Assembly (NCBI GenBank): GCA_003971905.1 | Contig: RSEE01000030.1 | Location: 248,001-312,000, forward strand | Length of the DNA: 64,000 nucleotides | Reading direction: 5' to 3' | DNA from: Moniliella sp. 'wahieum' | Lineage: Eukaryota | Shown here: positions 57,325-64,000 of the stretch, piece by piece | Layout of the letters: each line of letters starts with the position of its first letter | Numbering within the stretch: the first letter of the stretch is position 1 | The notes under the pieces: generated by a model | What the model was told of the DNA's origin: nothing | Databases searched by the model: none | The model's input: the letters and a program-made list of their open reading frames with translations, nothing else | Made by a program: the position numbers and the translations under genes

Positions 57325-60060
57325 ATGGCATTTTTCTACGCCCGCCGCGAGCTAGCGCACGGAGGGCGCCTCCGAGTGGCTCGCCGCCATGCACTCCGCT
57401 GGGCTCGCCCAGCTGCCCGCGGACGAGCTGCGCGCGCTCCAGCACCAGCGCCAGCTCCATCTCTGGCAGCAGCAGCACGCTGCCGCCCTCGCGCCCGCCC
57501 GCACCCACCCGCGCACCCACCGCGCGTTTTTCGCGCCCACCCGCACACCCGCTCCCGCTCCCGCACCCTCCCGCAGCACCCGCTCCGCACCCACCCGCAA
57601 CTTCAGCCGCCCCTACCAGCCCGCCCCAGCTCCCCCCGCCCCCCGCCCCGCCGCCCCATGCCCCCCCCCGACGCCGACCGCCACCCGCCCCGCCCGCCGC
57701 CTCCGCACCCCCTGCGCCCGCGCCTGCGCCTGCGCCTGCGCCTGCTCCCCCCGCGCCCCCCCAGCCTCTCGGCCGACGAGCGCACCCGCATCCACTCCCT
57801 GCTCTGCGCCCTCGAATCCGAGCTAGGCGACTGGAACGCCCTTGCTCTCGAGCAGGATGCCATTCCCACATCCACCCCTCCCACCGCGCCCCTGCCCCTG
57901 CCCCCGCCCTCTCCGCGCCAGTCCCAGTCGGAGGCGCCCCCGCCTCTCGCCAATGCGCCCGCCCGCACCCGGGCCTCCCACTCCCGGCACAGCTCCCTCA
58001 CAACCCTGCCCCGCACTAGTCGCAGCACATTCACCCTCCTACGCGGCAGCAGCCGCACCTCCTTCTCGATCAATGCCAGCCCCTCTGATTCAGCTCACCC
58101 CCTCACCGAATCCAGTCCGCCGCGGCACGAACGCAAACGAGGCCTTCCTCTCCCTCGTATTTGGCGCCGCATCAAGCCCTCGTCCTTGCTCTTGCACAAA
58201 AACCCGCGATAAGCAACGGGAACAAGCTGCAGCCCAAGATTCGGACGGATACGACTTTTATGATTTTTGCCCCGACCTCCCCCTTTGCTGGCGGGCTGAC
58301 GCCTCGCGACCTGACCGGCGCTGGTACTTGGGCTGGCTGCGAGCGGGCTCCAAGCCTTGCAGCGCAGCACGGGCAACGGAAGCACCAGCAGTTTGCCTCT
58401 TTCCGTCCGCGCTCTGGCTGAATTGACGCGGGCGGAACAGACTGAATCCGAGGCGGATCTGCAGGCACAACGGCAGCTACTCACTTCCCTTTCCTTGTCC
58501 CCCATCAACGTAGAAGGCTATGTGACCGAGCACCTACAGCGAGGTGAAAGCCGCGCGTCTTCCAGGGGCCTTTATGCTACTGACGTTCTCCGTGACGGCG
58601 GTGAGAATGTCGGTTTGGTCCGAGGCCAATACACCCCTTCACGCCCACCTACTTGACGAAACAGTACGCCGAAGTGGCACTTCAAACATCCCCACGGGCC
58701 TCCCCAACACCCAGTCGAACCCCGCGGGTCCCCTCGACCTCCAAAAGCAGGTGCCACTAGGGATGGAGGCAACAGCGACGACGACGAAAGGAGAAGGAGC
58801 TGGAGGCCGAAGCGGATGATGAGCAAGATGCCGAAAATGACCAAACAGAACCAGAGGAGAAGCGCACTGAATTAAGTCTGGCCTACTTGACCGACGTCGA
58901 AAGAGCCTTGGCCTATCACACAGCCCTTGCGCGTAGCCGTCGGAGGCGCGCGTCCCGCCCGCCCTTTCGCTCGCTCCTGCCGGTTTCGTCCGCCGCTCCC
59001 ACTTCGGCTTCTCTTCCCCCCCGGTACCATTGGATCTCTTCCACTTTCGCCTCTTTCCCCGCCTTCGAGCTCTTCGTCAGCCGTCTTCCCCAGTGCCCCT
59101 GATTCTGACGCATCCTCTCCGTGTGTCCCTGACCGTCCCTCCCTTCTCCCAATCCTTACTGCGCCAGTCTCGATTCGCTGTACGATTCCGACTCGGATCT
59201 GGACCTGGCCGGGGACCTAGAGGAAGTGGCCGAACGATCGGGAGTTTTTACTCCCCTTCCACGTCTTCCGCGACGGCTCAGCTCGCTGCTCAACTCGACC
59301 CCACCTGCCTCGCCTCTCTCGTCGTCAGCATCGCCTGCCTTCCCCTCCATCGCATTGCCCCAAGGGGGAAGATCATCAACACTTGATCGACGTCGGTCCC
59401 CTCCATCGCGCCTGCCCTTTGACCCCCAATCCAAGAACCGCAATCGCAGCACTTTTGGACCCGACGACCTGCTTACCGATGACTCTTGGTTCACCCAACA
59501 AGTTGAGGTACGTCTTCCCCTACCGCCATCTTTCCGTCGCCCCCTTCTCTTCTCTTCCTAGCATTGCTAGCATTGCTGCCCCCCCCCCCCCCCCCCTATA
59601 TCGTTCATGTACTGACTCTCCCGCCAGGCTGCGAGCAGCGCTCTCGATCTGCTGGAGCAGGATCCCCTCCCATCTGCCAGCTCCACCCGGGAGGAGAAAG
59701 TGCGCGTTTCGCACGCTCCCTCCTCCGATTCCGTCGTTCTCACTGGCACCACCACGCCCGTCCCTGTCCCATCTCGGGGATCGGATAGCGTGCTTGCCGG
59801 TATCAATGCACCATCTCTCGTGCCTGGCAAGGCCGAAGCGGGATCCCGCACGCTCTCTCCCTCCGTCGGTCAGACTACTACCACTTTGCCTGTCTCAAGA
59901 GTACCGGCACTTGGCTTGCGTTCTCTCCGCCGCCCCACTCAGCTTCCCCGTCCTTCGCCCCGTCCCTCGCCCCGTCCCTCGCTCTCTGTCACTGCTTCCC
60001 CCGCCGCTGCGCGGCTCCCCCCGGGAGGCTCACGTCTCCCCCCCCATTCGCCGGTAAAAA
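57325..60060 (+). CDS. Long low-complexity hypothetical protein (frameshifted, probable intron ~59508-59627)
   Basis: Chain of overlapping Pro/Ser-rich ORFs with helical islands (DERTRIHSLLCALESELGDW; EADLQAQRQLLTSL; LTDVERALAYHTALA) and a GTACGT..ACTGAC..CAG intron signal. No family recognised. Confidence 0.4.
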
Positions 60061-60993
60061 AAAGTCGTGGTTGTCGGATGTGCCTCGTGGGCATCCGATT
60101 TGGTCCTGTTGTGTTCTGTCTGTGTGTATCCATGGTTATTGATTGTCAGGCATGCATGGCCTGCTATATGCTTCCATGCTTCCATGCTCCCATGCTTCCT
60201 ACTTGTGTGTTTCTATGCTTTCTCTGCCGTAGCAGTGTAACCTGGTGTAGCCCGTCGAGCGGGTGGGGCACCCCACCACTCGGATTCACTGTCGGGTGGC
60301 GAGAGCATGGTGGATGCGCTCGGTGGCGAGCAGCGAATCCCAAGACAGTAGCGTTGCATGTAAGTTGGCGCAAGCGCTTTTTTCGTCCATCATGCATCAT
60401 GGCGGATGCTCTGCTGAGCGCTCACGCTGAGCGCTGGCCCTGTTTCGACGTTGGCGGTAGTAACTAGCCTGGGGCGCTGCGACCAGCCGGTGGCTCGAGG
60501 GGGTGGGAGAGATTTGCTGGCCGGCGGGAAGGAGGCGATGAGGAAACGAATGGCCGAAAATGGGAATAGGAACACAGAGGCGCTAGGCCGATTGAATAGT
60601 GGTGACTAGCTAGGTACCTAGTGACTCTGGATGTTGAGTACGTTAAGGTACGACAGGGGGGGAGTGCTGCCAGCAGCTGGTCTTGGCGCGCTGCGCTCCA
60701 ACACCCAACACGGTGACATGTAATGAAGAAGTGCCGCTGTCGGCCATCAGCTGGTGGCCCCCTTGAGCTTGAAGCTTGAAGAAACAAGCTTCGCACCCGT
60801 GTGGCGTGTGGTGGGCCAGCGGCTGCGCGTGTCTGCGCCCCACCCACCGCACCACGTAGCAGGAACCAGACCGATACGAGATACAGGGGCACTCGAGCAG
60901 GTGCTCCCTTGCCCCCCCTCTTATATACCCTTTCGCATCCCCCCACCCGCCCGCCCACCAGCCCCAGCACCGCTGCTTCCTCCCAGCTCCACC

Positions 60994-61608
60994 ATGGCCC
61001 AGGACGATTCGCGCCCGCTCCCGCCCGGGTGGACCAAGCAGTACAACAACGAGTACAACCGCTGGTTTTACGTCGACACTACCGCCCAGCCGCCGCGGTC
61101 GAGCTGGGTGCATCCGCTGGACGAACCGTCGTATGCGCCGCCGCCGGGGCCGCCCGATTCGAGCCGCGGGTACGGGGGATACGGCGCGCCGGGCGGAGGC
61201 GGAGGAGGGTACGGCGCACCGCCGCCCAGCAGCCAGGGTACGGCTACGCGCCCCCAGCGCAGCAGGGCTACCCCGCTGCGCAGTACGGTCCTCCCCCCGG
61301 GCAGTATGGCGGGCCACAAGGGTACGCCCCAGGGCTATGCCGCGCCTCCGCCGCAGACGGTGGTGGTGGCAGCAGGCACCGCAAAAGAAGCATGGCATGG
61401 GCGCGATGGGCGGCGCGATGCTCGGGCTGGGCGGCGGCTTGCTAGGCGGGATGCTGATTTCGGATGCGATTGGTGCGTGGGTGCGATCTTGCTGGGTTGG
61501 GCAGGTGGAGGCAGAGCTGACCAGGGCGCAGATGACAAGGAAGATGAAGCGTATCAGGAGGGGTACGAAGATGGCCAGGACAACGACTTTGGCGGCGGCG
61601 ACTGGTAA
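60994..61608 (+). CDS. WW-domain, Gly/Pro/Tyr-rich protein (Wwm1-like), 1 intron near 61473-61531
   Basis: MAQDDSRPLPPGWTKQYNNEYNRWFYVDTTAQPPRSSWVHPLDE; KKHGMGAMGGAMLGLGGGLLGGMLISDAI|DDKEDEAYQEGY..GGGDW*; TTATATA ~70 bp upstream. Confidence 0.88.
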   Translation: MAQDDSRPLPPGWTKQYNNEYNRWFYVDTTAQPPRSSWVHPLDEPSYAPPPGPPDSSRGYGGYGAPGGGGGGYGAPPPSSQGTATRPQRSRATPLRSTVLPPGSMAGHKGTPQGYAAPPPQTVVVAAGTAKEAWHGRDGRRDARAGRRLARRDADFGCDWCVGAILLGWAGGGRADQGADDKEDEAYQEGYEDGQDNDFGGGDW

Positions 61609-62199
61609 ATTGCTCGTGGGGGAGCCGGGGGAGGGGAGGCGGCTGAAGGAGGAGGCACAGACGTGGGGGATGGCTCGACAGACAATGGCATTCATTGTTC
61701 CGAACCAACATTGGAGGGCAACCACAGGAGGGGGCTACGGCCCAACACATGGGAGGGATGGGTGTGGGTGTGGGTGTGGGTGTGCTTGCTGGCCATGCTC
61801 TAGCCCGAGCAGGGCGTGCTGAATGCTGGCGAGCGAAGGGACTGACTATAGTGACTATGCTGCGTATGCTGAGCCCCACGTATTGCGAGGATGTTGAAAC
61901 CTTGAACCGCCGCCACCCCAGCGTGACGTGGCAGTGCCTGGCAGTGCGCCGCCGTGCCTGGCCGTGCGCGAGGCCTGAGGCGGCTGCGAGTGTGGCGCAC
62001 TGGCTGGGGCATGGCCAGGACGTGGTGTCATCGGTGGTGTCACCGGTCAGTCACTGTCTGGTCACCGTTGTCTTCCAGCGGCCCTCGGGCATCTGACCCA
62101 TCGTGGTGGGCGTTGCCTCGGCCGCCGCCATCTTCCTCGCCTTCGTCCTCTGCCACCCCTTCTTCTTCGTCCGCTCCGTTGCCCCTCATCGCCACCGCC

Positions 62200-64000
62200 A
62201 TGTCCGCTGATGTGCTGAAGGCCTACGTCGCTGGCACGCGCGTCTGGCTCCCGGACCAGAAGCAGGCATGGTTAGCCGCTACCCTTTCCACTCCCCCCGC
62301 CGTGTCCGATGGCAAAGTCACCTTTCCCCTCGTGATGGACGAGACGGGCGAGGAGAAGACGATCACGCTGTCCCTCAAAGATATCGATGCGGCCCTTTCC
62401 GGCAAGGAATCCGCATCGCTCGATGCAGTCGCAACCTCAACGGGCCAACTTGCCACCGGCCAACTTCCACCACTGCGCAACCCCCCTTACTCGAGTCAAC
62501 CGACGACCTCACCAACCTGTCCTATCTCAACGAGCCATCGGGTGCGCCCATCTCCCATTCCCTGCGTATGACATGCTGACCCAGATACAGTGCTGCATAC
62601 CATCCTCAATCGTTACTCTATGCGCAGCATTTACACATACTCGGGCATTGTCTTGATTGCTGTCAACCCTTTCTACCCGCTCAACCTCTACTCGCCTGAG
62701 CTGATCCGCGCCTACAGTGGCCGCAAACGTGGGGAGATGGAGCCCCATCTCTTTGCTATTGCCGAGGACGCGTACCGCTTTATGATCCGTGACGAGAAGG
62801 ACCAGACTATTGTTGTGTCGGGTGAATCGTACGTGTCCGGTCCTGTTCTTGGCTGATTAGGACGAGATGCTAACATGGATACAGGGGTGCGGGAAAGACC
62901 GTGTCGGCCAAGTATATTATGCGCTACTTTGCTAGTGTGGAGGAAGATGTGGCACCCCACAAAAAGGGCATCAAGAAGGAGACCAAGAGCGGGATGAGCG
63001 AGACAGAAGAACGTATCCTTGCCACCAACCCTGTGATGGAGGCGTTTGGCAATGCCAAAACCACGCGCAACGACAACTCTTCTCGCTTTGGCAAGTACAT
63101 TAGATTCTCTTTGACAACAAGTACAAGATTATTGGTGCTCAAATGCGCACCTACCTTCTCGAACGAAGCCGCTTGGTATACCAGCCTCCGACTGAGAGGA
63201 ACTACCACATCTTCTATCAACTGGTCGCGGGTGTGCCCGATTCGGAGCGCAAGGACCTGGGCCTGTCGGACCCCATGGCGTTCCATTACCTCAACCAAGG
63301 CAACGATCCTGTGGTCAAAGGCGTGGACGATGCCGAGGAGTTTGCTGCCACAAGAAAAGCGATGGAGACGGTAGGCCTGAATGAGGCGACCCAATGGGAG
63401 ATTTTCCGCTTGCTTGCTGCCCTTCTCCATCTCGGCAACGTGCAGATTGGGCAAGTGCGCAACGACGCGCTTGTTGCCGAGGACGAGCCTAGCCTGTTCA
63501 TTGCGACCAACCTCCTAGGGATCGATCCCACGACTTCCGTCGTTGGCTCGTCAAGAAACAAATTATCACTCGTGGCGAGAAGATTGTGTCCAGTCTCTCG
63601 CCTGTAGCTGCGACGGCGGTGCGTGACTCGGTGGCCAAGTATATCTACTCGAGCCTGTTTGACTGGCTGGTGGCCCAGATGAACAAATCGTTGGCCTTGA
63701 ACCCTGACACACAGAACTTGCGTAAGAACATGATTGGTGTCCTGGACATTTACGGCTTTGAGCATTTCCAGACGAACAGCTACGAGCAGTTTTGCATCAA
63801 CTATGCCAACGAACGGCTCCAACATGAGTTCAACGACCATGTATTCAAGCTGGAACAGGAGGAATACGTCAAAGAGCAGATTCAATGGAAGTTCATCGAC
63901 TTTGCTGACAACCAGCCAACGATCAACCTCATTGAGTCTCGGCTCGGCATCCTCTCTCTTCTGGATGAGGAGTCGCGCCTGCCATCGGGTTCAGACCAGT
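62200..64000 (+). CDS. MYO2: Class V myosin (Myo2/Myo5-like), N-terminal SH3-like and motor domain; 3' truncated, 2 introns, frameshifts
   Basis: [48 protein letters not shown]-loop [63 protein letters not shown] and LLDEESRLP. Confidence 0.96.

Overview
This is eukaryotic, GC-rich fungal DNA, most consistent with a basidiomycete of the smut lineage (Ustilaginomycotina); that assignment is inferred from intron signals and remembered protein similarity, not from a search. The window is gene-dense. Recognisable genes are: the 3' end of a Gin4-like kinase, a PWI splicing factor, a bacterial-type GNAT acetyltransferase, an MP88-like secreted protein, Med17, an arrestin-like PY-motif protein, Pam17, Cks1, a UBE2W-type E2, a Pmp3-like protein, eIF3e, carnitine acetyltransferase, Noc4, an INO80 subunit, 14-3-3, an F-box-like protein, a head-to-head pair of Zn2Cys6 factors, two paralogous WW-domain proteins, a Khd4/Mug60-like KH protein and the start of a class V myosin. 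There are also three intron-containing tRNAs, a decayed chromodomain Ty3/gypsy element and a diverged ~1.25 kb direct duplication. Single-base indels interrupt most conserved genes, including essential ones, so they are best read as assembly errors, and many CDS boundaries are approximate. I cannot demonstrate a new biological system. The best leads are (i) a CYTSARG quasi-palindromic micro-repeat vocabulary that recurs about 210-225 bp upstream of several start codons, (ii) the duplicated unknown intron-bearing unit headed by TGTGACA arrays, (iii) the divergent Zn-cluster pair with CGGAGGC repeats in its shared promoter, and (iv) the possibly horizontally acquired GNAT beside a tRNA.
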